A stretch of 56,986 bases of DNA, counting the filler, from Sphacelaria rigidula (lineage: Eukaryota): NCBI GenBank assembly GCA_964200075.2. It is 6 parts of 6 records of this genome, joined end to end, with 100 filler letters (N's around TTAATTAATTAA, not from the genome) between each part and the next. Parts side by side here need not be neighbours in the genome. Positions count along the whole stretch, not along the records: positions 19,032 to 28,445 come from CAXNAA020008557.1; positions 28,546 to 37,959 come from CAXNAA020008558.1; 4 more parts are not named here. One strand, given 5' to 3'. Positions 25,519 to 37,275 of the stretch are shown here, in pieces. A program made the position numbers and the translations under genes. Positions within the stretch are counted from its first letter, which is position 1. Every line of letters starts with the position of its first letter. The notes beneath the pieces were generated by a model. The model saw nothing but the letters and a program-made list of their open reading frames with translations. It searched no databases and was not told where the DNA came from.

Positions 25519-26195
25519 ATGTGGGTTGGGGACCTGTGTAATGCGTGAGAGGACCGCGTGCTTAGGGGACCGCATCGTAGTTCGAAACACCTCAGGATCC
25601 TCATTTTTTCAAACCAATCGGGTCAGTCCCTGCAGTGACCACGTCCCGGAACCTAACCCGAACACTAACCCGGGCCCTAACCCTAACCGTAGGGATGTTC
25701 AAATTCCGATGCGGTCCTCTAAGCACGCGATCCTCTCACGCATTACACCTGGACCTGCCAACAAGGAGGCGGAAATATTATTCCAGTAGTCGAGAGGAGG
25801 AAGTAGATGCACTGAATTGGTCCTGTGGCAAAGCAATAGAGAGCAGAACTCATGTAGTGACAGAACGTGAATATATAAGGAGGAACGGGACGTGCACGGT
25901 GGGAAAATGCGGGGAGTGAACGAGGATGGCATGCAATCGTTTGACGCACTAGACGGTAGGGAGAAAACGATGGCTGCACTAGGAGATAAATGAAAACTAC
26001 AGACAGCGAAATAGGGCGAGGATAAGGTATGTAAAGTGTTTTTGGATAATGTATGGAAGAAACGGAATGAGCGCCGAAATGTTGAAGGTATCTCTACTAT
26101 AAGTGAGAACGGTATGATCCATTTCGAAAGGGACGCATGGTCAACGGTTAAACCAGTAAGGCAAGCAACAAATAAGTACGCCCCCTCCCCCCCCC
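25519..26195 (+). mobile_element. 5'-truncated poly(C)-tailed LINE (tandem copy 1)
   Basis: Degenerate ORF2 C-terminus (SCGKAIESRTHVVTE, a CCHC-like remnant; CKVFLDNVWKKRNERRNVEG). Ends GCAAGCAACAAATAAGTACG plus a C-tract, followed by TGTG. Confidence 0.88.
25537..25747. mobile_element. 211-bp MITE, TGTA...TACA termini, 41-bp TIR, 4-bp TSD (Ginger-like)
   Basis: TIR TGTAATGCGTGAGAGGACCGCGTGCTTAGGGGACCGCATCG with 2 mismatches to the right arm. CCTG is duplicated at 25533-25536 and 25748-25751. Internal CCCTAA-like repeats. Inserted in the LINE. Confidence 0.85.
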
Positions 26196-26199
26196 TGTG

Positions 26200-26672
26200 A
26201 CTTCGGGTGAGGGACCTGTACCTGCCAGAGAGGGGAAAGAGATATATACCAGTAGTCGAAAGGAGGAGGAAGTAGATGGACAGAACTGCCTCTGTGGCGA
26301 AGGAATAGAGAGCAGAAATCATATATATATATATAGTGGCAGAATGTGAACTATACAAGGAGGAACGGAACGTGCTAGAGGAGGAAATGCGGGACGTGAA
26401 CGAAGGTGGCACGAAATCGTTTGATGCATTAGACAGTAAGGAGAAGACGATGGCTATACTAGGAGATAGACGGTGGTCAGAGACGGCGAAACAGGACGGG
26501 GATAATATATGTAAAAGGTTTTGTGTAGTGTATGGAAGAAACGTGATGAGCGCCGGAATGTTGAAGGTGTTCCTATTAGGAGTAGGAATGGTGCTCCGTC
26601 TCGATAGGGATGCGTGATCAACGGTAAAATGACTGAGGCAAGCAACGAATGAGTACGCCTCCCCCCCCCCCC
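26200..26672 (+). mobile_element. 5'-truncated poly(C)-tailed LINE (tandem copy 2)
   Basis: AECELYKEERNVLEEEMRDVNEGGTKSFDALDS...; ends GCAAGCAACGAATGAGTACGCCT-C12, then TGTGCT. CCCCTGTGCT also occurs at 25509-25518. Confidence 0.9.
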
Positions 26673-27114
26673 TGTGCTTTCACAGATCTCGGTTGGGCAA
26701 CTTTCGTAGTTGGGTATTTTTCTGAATTTTCTCGTATATCATTCTTTCTTGGCACTCGGGGGTCCTAGCAATGAAGCAGGTGGCGCTCAGAACACAGCCC
26801 TCAAATCGATGCTGTCGCGATGATAGGGAGTAAGGATCTCGTTTATCAGGAGGTGTTAGCAACGATTATCGGGCCAACAAATACAACTTTTTGGCTCTAC
26901 CGCAAATTAATAGGTGAAGAAAAAAAAGTTATTTACACTTGCTCTTGAGAATGATCGCCATTGGTTTGACCCTCATGGAAGCCTCCCCTCCCATCCCCGG
27001 GCCTAACACCTCATTATTTCAGATTCTGACAAGGAAGAAAAGACGGAGATAGAAAAGACTGAGGTCAACCATTTTACTATGGAAGATCAAAGCAAACTCC
27101 AGAAGCATAAGTCG

Positions 27115-27550
27115 TGGATGAACCGAAAATGAACCCCCCGAGCGGTCGTGTTGGGTTTGCCCAATAATGCCACACGACGGGCGAAGTGTGTCCCATTCTA
27201 TGCATCGACAGAACTCTCGCAAAACAGTACCAACTCCCATGTGTGATATTCGTCAGAGTTCGGTGCACGAAAATGCCACATCAGAATACTTTAGATTAGA
27301 CTGGTGCACCGTTTTGCCGGGCTGCATCATCAAGAGTTGGCGAGCGTAGGAAGCCACACTATACGGCGACAATGACATGACCGAGCAAGTGCAAATCCCG
27401 TCACCACATGTGGAAGCGCTGAAGAGCGACACACAGACTAGGCAACTAAGATTCAGCTGGAAGAGGTGGCTGAGAAGCACGACCAGGACTAGACGTTTCG
27501 CAGAAGAAGCTGCAAGAGCGGTTGGGGCAGCCCATTGCCCCCCGGCGCAC
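27115..27550 (+). repeat. Dispersed repeat, inverted copy of 19112-19590
   Basis: See 19112-19590. Confidence 0.85.
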
Positions 27551-27590
27551 CCCCTCCCCCCCATTTTGTGCCTGAAAAAACGTCCATTAA

Positions 27591-28017
27591 CAGTGGATTT
27601 ATTGAAAATGGGGTTGAACACAAAAATGAGCTTCAACTCAAAAGCCATGCTTCCCCTGACCTAAATTCGTGACGAATGACTTTCATACGGAGGGCCCCAT
27701 CCTTCCCGACCCCCCTAAAACCATTTGGGGGGTGATTTATAGCCTTCCGTCTCCGCAAAAGGATATGTGCGAAAGCACACTTCCGTCTCGATTTCGGGGT
27801 GACACAAAGACGTTTTTTGGCCCAAAAATCGTGCTTTCGCACATACCCTCTGGGGGAACGGAAGGCTAAAAATCCCCTGAAATAGTTTTAGGCACGTCGG
27901 GAGGGATGGGGTCGTCCAAATGAAAGCCATTTGTCATGAATTCAGATCAAGGAAAGTACGGCTTTTGAGTCGAACCTCATGTTTTTTTCTTTCAACCCCA
28001 TTTTCGAGCACCCACTG
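27591..28017. mobile_element. Fold-back MITE, copy 2 (CAGTGG...CCACTG)
   Basis: Long self-complementary arms, homologous to 20810-21221. Confidence 0.88.
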
Positions 28018-28259
28018 TTCATCGTAAATCGTCGATTTTTCATCAACGGTTCCAAATGGGTCAAAACCATGCAAAATATCCGAGGGTCAGAACCTGCGGC
28101 TGAGTAGTCGCAGGACCCCCTGGGACCGGTCAAACCGTGAGTGGTTCAATATCCAGCGAGGATATGATTTTGTTTTGGAATGAATGTGGAGCTAATGCTT
28201 GGTATCTCCCGATCGTCAAACTTTGGAATCCCCTGATTCAGCTGGAAACTACCACGGTT

Positions 28260-28445
28260 AGGACAAACCATCACGACTCAAAATCACCAAATTCACGATT
28301 TCTTCGGCCTGATTGCCCAAAAGGGAGAAAAAAGTTGATAGCTGCTCCAAGGAGTATTCACGCAACGTTTGCGTCATTCCACGTGTCTAGGATGCGTGTA
28401 CCTGGTTTGCAACGCTGAAGTAAAGCCCAGAGATTGATTCGTCAC
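28260..28445 (-). repeat. Copy of dispersed repeat 2290-2560 (cut by contig end)
   Basis: Reverse-complement similarity (TTGCAACGCTGAA; CCTGATTGC). Confidence 0.75.
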
Positions 28446-28545
28446 NNNNNNNNNNNNNNNNNNNNNNNNNNNNNNNNNNNNNNNNNNNNTTAATTAATTA
28501 ANNNNNNNNNNNNNNNNNNNNNNNNNNNNNNNNNNNNNNNNNNNN
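28446..28545. other. Artificial contig-joining spacer
   Basis: Same N44-TTAATTAATTAA-N44 structure. Confidence 0.98.
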
Positions 28546-28959
28546 ATCGGGGAAAAGAGTGCGGTCCATTACTTCTGATCCGGGTTCGGCGCGTGTATTG
28601 GCTGCCCCCCCCCCCCCCACCCCCCGACGGATTTTTGGAGGGTCTGGGTATATGCCGTCGTTTGATTGCTGGAAAAAACGAGTCATAATCCAAAATAACC
28701 ACCCGAGTTGGGAACCTCTGCAAGATCCAGCCAAATAAACCAGGGCGGAAAATTAAAACTGGCAGCGGCTGGGTGGCACGCCGTCACCCACGCGTATTCA
28801 CGATCTGGTTGTCCTCCGCTATCTGGGCCATTTTTCATCAACGACCAGCCCCTCGAACAAGGATTTTCATTGTTTTTTTTGTCAGCTCCGGTTCCGACCT
28901 ACGGTATTGATAGTCAAAAATGTTTTTTTCTTTTCTTAATTTACTGTTCGAATGTTCAG

Positions 28960-31900
28960 GTGTGGGCTAACGGCGACGTCACGATCAACACGGGCACCAA
29001 GGGGCGAACGCTCGAGGCCAAGATTATTCTCAATCTCGCTCTAGGCGTCTTCAAAGTCGAGGTAGGGCGGTTTGTTATTTCAAGCGTACGGGGAAGACGG
29101 GGCAGCGAAGGGGGTGGGATTGGGTATGTTTCCATGGCCTATGAACACACCTGCTGGAAATCGAGCGCTCCGGTTTTCTGTGCTATGTATGTACTGTGTC
29201 GCTTGCTTATGTTAGTGCCGAAGACAAAAAAAGTGCACGCCGAATCAACGTTGATCTCGTTCACTTAAATGACAACAATCTGAGGGAGACAGGGGGGAAG
29301 GGGGGTGGTTTGTAGGCATGCACTTGCTGGGTGAGCAGCAACGATTGGCAATGCGTGTCGCTGTTGAGTGCGTCTCCCTTCGGAGGTATCGAACAGGCCT
29401 TGGGATCCTGTCGGAATTCCTAGGTGTAGCTTGAAGAACGTTGCGTAGTCGCAGAGGGTCAACTTTATTGACGATTGGTTTCGTAGATCTACGGTCTGTG
29501 CGGAGAGGTCCCTCCCTCGAGTCTGGCATAACGTGTTTTATTCGCACTTGAAGCCGTTGCTTGGTGGCTCGATCGATTGCTTCCCAACAGGTCCGCAAGT
29601 ACTACCGTAGATGGCATAAGATACCATACCCTCCCTTCGAAAAAATACACAGTACCACACACACGTCTTCTATTTTTTTTTATTCCGAAAAAAACGCCAA
29701 TTTATCACACGGTCACGTAAGATATCACATCCCCCGGGTCGAGTCGCACATCATCCACGGAGCCCCCCGGCTCATCACACGGGTATGATATAACGCGTGA
29801 CAACGCACACAAGCGCACGCAGTCTGCGTGCCGCAGCTGTGGAGACCGACAACATCATGGGAAAGGATGCAGAACACAACGCTGCTGAAAGCTCCACGGT
29901 CCATAAGAGTCGTTTTTTCAACTCGCTGCGGGGGAAAGTCTGTCGATCACACTCCGTGTGGGGATATCCTCGTAGCGCCCTTTATTTCACACGGGCGACA
30001 TCATCACACCGCTGCATGTGGGGTCCTGTGGGTGCGTATTTCATCACACCTGGTGACGAAGATACCACACCCCATACACAATGTTTTTTTTTCGCCCGAA
30101 ATGTCATCACACGGGCGTGATATCTTATGCAACCTACGGTAATCAAGCCCGTGGCTAGTAGACGGTAGGCGTAGGTTCCACCCTCAGGGTGGACACCCGG
30201 CGGTGGTCCGTCTCGGCTTTGTTGGTATGCGAGGTCAATCATCTCATGGCTACGGCATGCAAGATCATGAGTACACCCTCAGGGTGAACATTCGCAAGCA
30301 CTTATCACGGAAGGAAGAATCCAGTAAAATAATGAAAATCAAAGATAAGAAGAAAGAGTAACAAATGGCATCATGTAACGGGAGCCGCCACACTGACAAC
30401 GGCCCCGAGAAAAGTCTCCGATAAACTCCCGATTTGTGATTGGTTCGTACGAGTTGACGACCGTCCGCGTAGCGCGGGGCGGGTGCGCGGTTGAGACCTG
30501 TCTTTTGCTCAGAGATTTCCCGCCGTCGGCTTGAAAACGCTTGGTGCACTTGTTTGTTACACGTGGCGTGCGCAGATCGCGGCAGATGACGGAGCGGCTG
30601 ACGGAGAAGAAGCCGTATGGCGGATTGTCCACAAGAGTGGTTACAAACAACCTTTCTCGGAGAACATGTGAGCTAGATCCGTCAGTGAATGTCTCAAATT
30701 CCGAAGTAGCGACGGCAGTTTTTCAGGGATTTGTGCACGGTTCGGACGAATCATCGCCAGTTCGAATAACCAAATCCACGAATTCTTGGGCCTGATTGCT
30801 CGGAAGAGAAAAAAAAGTCGACCGCTGGTCAAGAAGGTCTCCACGCAAATTTTGCGCCGTTCCGCATGCCTGGACTGCGCGTACCTGGGTTGCAACGCTG
30901 AAAACAACGCCGAAGGGTTGATTCGTAGGGTACGAATCAACTACACTGAAATCAAGTAATTTCCAGACGAGTCATTCATTCGTCCGGCCCTTGGATTTGT
31001 GTACTGCGATATCCGACTGTAGAGGTTAGTATGAGAAATTACATCAAACGTGTGCTGTGTGTCCTGGCAGAGTTGTCCCATTGGGCGAAAATTCTGACGT
31101 TTTAGCGTTGTTTTCGGGGACTTTTGTGCTGATGTCCGATCGGCGGTCACTGAACGGACAATATCTGTAGTTTCATCACGTCGTCCTCGCTAACGTCACA
31201 GTGGGCATCGTGGTTACCCTATCCGACTCCCCCACCCCGCGCAATAGCACAACGATGAACCCATTGTTCTGCATGAAATGTTGAACACGCGGCAGGAATA
31301 TGTCTCTCTTCGCAAACCGAGAGTGGCACTTCGTCAAAACCAAGCTTAAGCGCCTTCCGACCACGATTTTTCTCCCCAAGGCGCGGTTGCGTTCTCCAGC
31401 CGGCGCCGGCGAAACACTCCGAAGCGGTAGGCAACGAGACGGAGAGCGGTACCGGCAGCGTACTGTCTCGGCGGTGCCGAAGGGACCGGAAGAGGAAGGT
31501 GTCGGTGTTCGAGGTGGACTTCGCGGCGGTGTAGAATACAGCGTCGATGCGATTGCCGGCGTCGCCGACCTCGACGACAAGATATTCCGTCACTTCGATC
31601 ACCGCGAATACGCCGACGAACAGACTGTCGGCCGCGGTAGCGAATACCAACAGCGGTCGGCGGCCGCCGCTCTGGCTGCAATAGCCGCTGCGTTTGCTCA
31701 CCCCAACCCCCAAACTCGAGCTCAAGCAGCTTCAGTTCGTGTCCACGGCAATTCAGCCGAAGGCGTTGCTAACAGCCCGCTCGGGCTGGTCATGGAAAAT
31801 CCGACGGCGGCTCTCGCCGCCGCGGCTATCAAGGAAGGAGTACCTCCCCACATTGTCCACAATCTCATGATGTCGAGCGGAGCGGCGTCTGTGGCGGCTA

Positions 31901-34170
31901 CTGCCGCGGCGTCCGCTCCCTACAAACCAAGAAACAATTCAGCTGGTGGTGGCGGTGCAGGCGGGAATAGAACAGAAGCACACCGAGAAGAACGAAGCGG
32001 CGGATATCGGGGCGGCGGCGACCGTGACTTGGTTTCCGCCGTTGGCGATCATGGGAGGGGCAGGTCTGATGACGGGGGAAAGTGGGAATTGGACCATGGT
32101 TGGAACGGCACATCAGCTTCTTCGGGGTCTTCGGTCAGGGAAACCTCGCGTGTACCTTTCGGTCTCGCATCCAGCTCGGCCACCCCCCACCGCTTGCCCA
32201 GCGATTTTGACGACCCTCACCTGCATAAGGACGGAAATGTCGTCGGGCGTTCCCGTCATGGTGGCTCACCGAGCTACAGACCTCACAGCAACTCAGGCAG
32301 CATTGGTCACCCGTATGCTGGTGCCGCCGTTGACACCGAAGAGAGACGGCCGACACCCAGCCCGGAGGTGTGGCGACCTTGGCGATCAGGGGACAGCAGT
32401 GCGAGCGCTTCTCCGCCGGCGTCGTCGGCGTCGGGACGGGCCCACGATAGTCATGGTAACCGTTATCGTGGCGGCGGCGACCGCCGTGGTGCTCGAGCCC
32501 ACAGCCGCGAGCTATCCGACGAGACTGGCGATGGTGGCCGAGAGGGTGGATGGTGGGGCGGCGGCGGAAAGTGGGAGGAGCGGCAAGGGGAAAATGAGGA
32601 AGGAGGAGGCGGTCGAAAGCGGCGCGCGCCTGGGCGCGACGGTGAAGGATTTAGCACCAATGGTCGAGGTAATAGCAGAGACCGAAACAGGAGCGAGGAG
32701 CGAGCGAGATGGTCGAACCGGCGGAGGCGCAGCGATCATGGAGGGAGCGACGGTTTTCGAAGTCGTCTCGATGGTTCGAGAGGGCGGGATGACTCTCGAG
32801 GACGACGTGGTTGGTCGTCACAAGAAAGACCTTCGTCCTCTCCCAGAGAGCAGTTGTCACCCTTCAGCAGAGCGTTGGCCATAGGCTCGAGCAGCGGGCG
32901 TGCCCCCGATGCATTCGGCCGCGGCAGCAGCGACACTCGCGGCGGGCGGCAATCTGGCGGAGAGTACTCCGGAAAGGGGAGTGGCGCTGATGCCCAAGAC
33001 CACCCCGAAGAAAATGACACGAGTAGTGGCCTGAGGGACGAGTGGCGTCACCACGATGATGCCAGCACCGGCCGACCAGGTTCAAGGGCTGCGGAAGATG
33101 GCGAAGGGGCTGAGTATCACAGCAGCCGCAGCGGTGGCGATCGCGGAAGCAACGGCGAAGGAGAGGTCAGCGGCGGTCTCGAGCCGCGCCGAGAGTCCTA
33201 TAATCCCGATCAATACGACCCCAATGCATACGATCCGGGGGAGGTGATGGTGAAGCGGGAGACCAGCAATTTGAGCCAGTCTCGAGGGATAGAAAGGAGC
33301 GCCAGCACTGAGAGCCTCACAGAAGAGGGCACCTCGAACAAAAACAAGCCCCACGGTTCTCCGAGTGCTAGCCAAAGTCCGTCACGGGGTCGTAGAAACG
33401 ACCGTTTTGAACGAGAAGGCAGCGAGATCGGCACCGACCGTTTCGGCACATTTGGTTCTACGAGCGACGGCCAACAAGCGGTGACGAGTTCCGCCGCTCC
33501 GGGATTTGCGCTCTCCAACACCATCGCCTCCAGCGGAGTAGAACCGCCGCTTGGGGTGCAGTTTTCTCCGCAAGGGCGTCAACAACATGCCGGCGGCGTT
33601 CACCCGCCAGGTGCATCTGTCGTCAGTAGCCAGGAGCGGCTGGCAATCAGGGAAGCAGGGCAAGGCGGATACCCGGCTTGGGAATTACGGGCAGGATGTG
33701 GTGTTGATGAAGTTGGAGGTGTTGGGACCGGAATGGGGGCGGAACTTGTCGAGCACGGGCAGCCTATCTGGCAACAACAACAGCCACAGCAGCAGCAGCA
33801 AATTGAGGGTCAAACTCAACCACAGTCCGTGCCCATTCCCCAGCCTAAGCAGGATCACCCCCAGCAATGGCATAGCCAGCAGATGCAGCATACGGAGCAG
33901 CTGCAGCAGCAGCAGATCCCGCAGCAGCACCAACAGCAACAGATCCCGCAGCAGCAGCACCAACAGCAACAGATTCCGCAGCAGCAGCACCAACAGCAAC
34001 AGATTCCGCAGCAGCAGCAGCAGCAGCAGGATACGGTGTATTTGAACGGCGACAAACCAGAGGATGAGTTTGCTGTGAAACTCGCGCCTGACGCTTCTCC
34101 ACCCCCTCCCCCACCGCGGTCCAGCGTGTGGATTTCGGGAGGGAGTAGTAAGAGACGTGGACGACGATGA
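28960..34170 (+). CDS. 3' part of a hypothetical protein with a long disordered RG/S-rich and Q-rich C-terminus
   Basis: Exon 28960-29061: CAG|VWANGDVTINTGTKGRTLEAKIILNLALGVFKVE|GTAG, phase 0. Terminal exon ~31381-34170: acceptor TTTTTCTCCCCAAG, phase 0, 929 stop-free GC-rich codons. It ends with basic SSKRRGRR*. Confidence 0.8.
29711..30134. mobile_element. MITE-like element
   Basis: TAAGATATCAC / GTGATATCTTA inverted ends and repeated ATCACAC(GGG) motifs inside. Confidence 0.5.
30720..31000 (-). repeat. Copy of dispersed repeat 2290-2560
   Basis: Reverse-complement similarity over ~280 bp. Confidence 0.8.
33901..34029 (+). repeat. Coding minisatellite, ~30-nt unit encoding QQQQIPQQQH
   Basis: Four units of CAACAGCAACAGAT(C/T)CCGCAGCAGCAGCAC-type sequence. 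Confidence 0.92.
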
Positions 34171-34299
34171 TGACGATGTGATACAAGAGTAAAGGAAGAG
34201 AGATATATGTACTCCCCCTTGCGTGCCTTGAACGCAGTTGCCCCTTTTACGTGGGGGCTCTCGATCGCGGTGGAGGTGCAGACGTGTACAACCTTGAAA

Positions 34300-35380
34300 T
34301 GGGGGTAGAGGAGAGGGTATTCTTGCTGGAGTCAGATTTGCTCCTGCTGTTTCCATGAAAACTTGAAGTATTGCCGGCATCGATGTTTTGTCTGTGAATC
34401 TGCCTCGATACGGAAACGGGAACTGGAACAGTTCTGGGACACTGTTTGTCTCTTTCTTGAACTTTGACGGGGTGACGCCTCTGGCGTCGATATCTATGTA
34501 AAATTGAAGGTTCTTTAAACTTGCCTCGACACGAACGACGTCATCGACAACATTAGCATCGGCGAGAATTCTGTAAGTAGGTATTCCGAGCATTACCCCG
34601 CTCAAGTAGTGAATCGTATCCCCACACAGCCGACAGAACCGAAGAAATTCGTTGAGTGATGGCTCTGCTTGGTCATTTGTCTATTTCCGTTGCGTTTTCT
34701 AGGTGCAAATGCAAAAGGTTACAAAGATTTACGAGTTGACGCGGTGCGGGAGTGCTGATTCCTCTGAGATCAAAATGCAAGGCGTGCGCCGGGGAGAGAT
34801 GAGTTGATCCCTCGAAACCACGGACTCTTCCCGAGGAAGGGGAGGGGTGAAAAATGTGACAAAAAATAAGAACAAAAAAGCAAAAAATGTGCGAAAGGTG
34901 TGGTAGAGCAGCGGTACAGCGCACTCGACGTGGATATTGATCGGTGGAATCTCGGTCTAGCACATGTGAGACATATCAGTAACACCTACCGTGTGATGAG
35001 TAACCGCAAGAGGGATGTACTCTTCACCACTCCACATATTTTCTTGCTTTCCATAATTCCAGATTTGGAAAGTGGGTACCAACAGACGGCGTAGCATATT
35101 GCCTGAGGAGCGAGAGCCCGAAAACCTCCAAATCGGCTGAGCGAGGGGAAAGGCGGAAGAACGGATGCTACGCATGTCTCTGTTATTTTCCGTACTTGGG
35201 TTGGAATTGTTTTCTTTTTCGGAACCTGCATTGCCCTCTCAAAACTAGTACATGATGGTCTGGGCGCTACCCCGGCTGTAGCAATTCCCCATTTGGCCCG
35301 CGGGACAATTTCGAGAAATTCGTATAAGGCTTGGGGAAAGCTGTAAGTATCCGCATTATACCCCAAGAATTCGGCCGGAG
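34300..35380 (-). pseudogene. Degenerate non-LTR RT remnant interrupted by a SINE-like copy
   Basis: WGIATAGVAP..SCTSFERAM (GVxQG-like), then SGVMLG...LADANVVDD...SLKNLQ...TPSKFK...FPYRG, in RT order. A family-B copy lies at ~34700-34880. Confidence 0.4.
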
Positions 35381-35390
35381 GGGGCACCCT

Positions 35391-35416
35391 CGGGGGGCGG
35401 GGGGGCGTACTCATTT
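35391..35416 (-). mobile_element. Minimal 3' tip of the poly(C)-tailed LINE
   Basis: Minus strand AAATGAGTACG-C8-G-C6, embedded in C-rich sequence. Confidence 0.65.
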
Positions 35417-35775
35417 AGGGTGGGGGGAGGGGAAAGGAGGGGGCTACGGCTCCCGGGGAAAATGCTACAACGTTGCTTGCTGGCTTGCTGTTACGTACTT
35501 GTTGCGTACGGCGTGCAATCAAGTGCACATGCAGCTCTGAAAATACACACGCCAAGGGGCACATCCGCGGTCGCCCATGCAAACGTGTCGCGGACCTAAT
35601 TATTGCAGACGTGGAGAACAACATGTGTGACGACTGTTTTTTCAATGAGGATGCCGGATCCAAGATGCATTTTTGTTCATCAACTTTCCTTCATTAACCC
35701 CTTGACCGCGAGGGTAGGTCATCTGGTGGTCATGCAGTGATTTTTCAAGTGGAATTATAGTTTTCTCACGAGCCG

Positions 35776-36110
35776 GTCGCCCCGGTGGCTAAGTTGGTAA
35801 CCTCGAAACCTCCTGACGGTTGGGTCGTGAGATCGATTCTCGGAGAGATCTGGCATTTTTTCTCACACAACTCCCAACAGTGGGGAGCGAATATGTCGTG
35901 GGTATACAAAATTTGACTGACGGGTCGACGAGGGAAACGGGCTGCTGAACACCCTTCTCGCGATAGAAAAAAATAGAGGCAAGCACCGCAGAAGGAAGGT
36001 GGAGTATTGAAAACAAGAACGAAAAACTCCTGTGTGACCCCGGCTGGTGCGTTCACATACACCGAAAGGTGTAGACCGGCGTCCAGAATAGATAGGACGA
36101 CAACACAACA
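35776..36110 (+). mobile_element. tRNA-derived SINE family A, copy 1
   Basis: GTCGCCCCGGTGGCTAAGTTGG (A box) and a degenerate B box GATCGATTC. The body is homologous to 47679-48180. Confidence 0.8.
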
Positions 36111-36545
36111 CAATTTACGCTGATTCGATAGATGACCTCTGCTCGCGGTTAAGGGACTGACTAAAAAATGACTATATTTACGCCCGACTGATGATCGATC
36201 CCGCATATATAATGAAAAAAAGACGAGCCGACAACCGAATCTACATAAAATAGTATGTGCTCATCCCACTAATTGCCCCGTAACAGTGTCTCAGGCGAAC
36301 CCTTCCGAGAGAGTTGAGAGTTAGGGCGAGGAATTTCGGGGAGAGGTGCACATCGACAATTTCAAGGCCGCCGCCACAAGCTGTCGTCTCAATTTCATCT
36401 CTTACTGAAGTGAAGTCTCTTTGAGTTCCCGGAAAAAAATATTCGAAATATTCGATCTTCCCAGAATAATACAATAATTCAATCAATCAATACGAGAGGG
36501 GGCAGAAACTGCACGTACATACTGGCTTCGCGCTGTCGGTGCGCA

Positions 36546-37010
36546 GCTCTCCTCAAAATTTTAGGTCCGAGATCGTTTCCTACGGTTGGTGTTATTTTTG
36601 GGCCTATTCTCCACTTGTGGGGCAGTTGACACGGATTTTGGCCACCAAACACGGAATGTCGCCATCGCACATCTTGGACACTTTGCATCGCCCCACCGAG
36701 AGGAGTCCAGCCCAGGTTTCCGATTCGCTTGGCTTCGAGTTTCGAGATTGGTCTCTGAGCGAAAATACGGCTGGGCAACAGAACCCTCTGTCTTCAGTTT
36801 TTCAAATGAAGATGCCCGCAGAAACCCCATTGTTTTTAGATTCCTCTCAGTGGGGAAATGCAAAGTGTCCAAGACGTGTGATCCCAACATTCCCTCCGTG
36901 TGAAGGCCAACATCCGTGTCACATGTCCCAAAAATGGAAAATACGCCTCCAACAGCATACCAACAATAACCGTAAAAAAACGGTCTCACCTCTCCAACCT
37001 TCGGTGAGGA
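36546..37010. mobile_element. Fold-back MITE with ~170-bp diverged arms
   Basis: TCTTGGACACTTTGCAT / ATGCAAAGTGTCCAAGA and TGACACGGAT / ATCCGTGTCA inverted pairs. Confidence 0.75.
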
Positions 37011-37156
37011 ATCCAAGATGATATTACAAACGCCGCCGAGGGATTGCAAATCATACAAATTATGGACGTTTACCCAAACATTCGTTTCTAGTACAACAGT
37101 AACCTTTGAACTCGTCGAGTTGGACGATGGCGAAGAGTTATGCTACGATAGAGGGC

Positions 37157-37275
37157 GGGGGGGCGGGGGGGCGGGGGGGGGCGTACTCATTTGTTGCTTG
37201 CCTTCGCCGTTTGACCACTGACCACGCATCCTTTTCGAGATGAAGCACCTGTCCTACTCCTGATAAAGACACCTT
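37157..37275 (-). mobile_element. 5'-truncated poly(C)-tailed LINE
   Basis: The minus strand encodes GVFIRSRTGASSRKGCVVSGQTAKASNK*, then GTACG plus an interrupted C-tract. Confidence 0.88.

Larger units (their letters stand above)
25200..26970 (+). repeat. Host dispersed repeat interrupted by LINE insertions (uninterrupted paralogue at ~51220-51860)
   Basis: 25221-25518 and 26679-26965 align contiguously with 51220-51860. Further homology links 28080-28260 with 51880-52070. Confidence 0.85.

Noticed and set aside
19112-27550. Giant composite transposon carrying the epimerase between inverted repeats
   Set aside because: The copies are substantially diverged, no TSD or transposase is seen, and repeat density makes chance pairs likely.
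33855-34055. Metallothionein-like poly-Cys ORF on the minus strand
   Set aside because: It is the antisense reading of the CAG/CAA polyQ minisatellite in the + strand exon.
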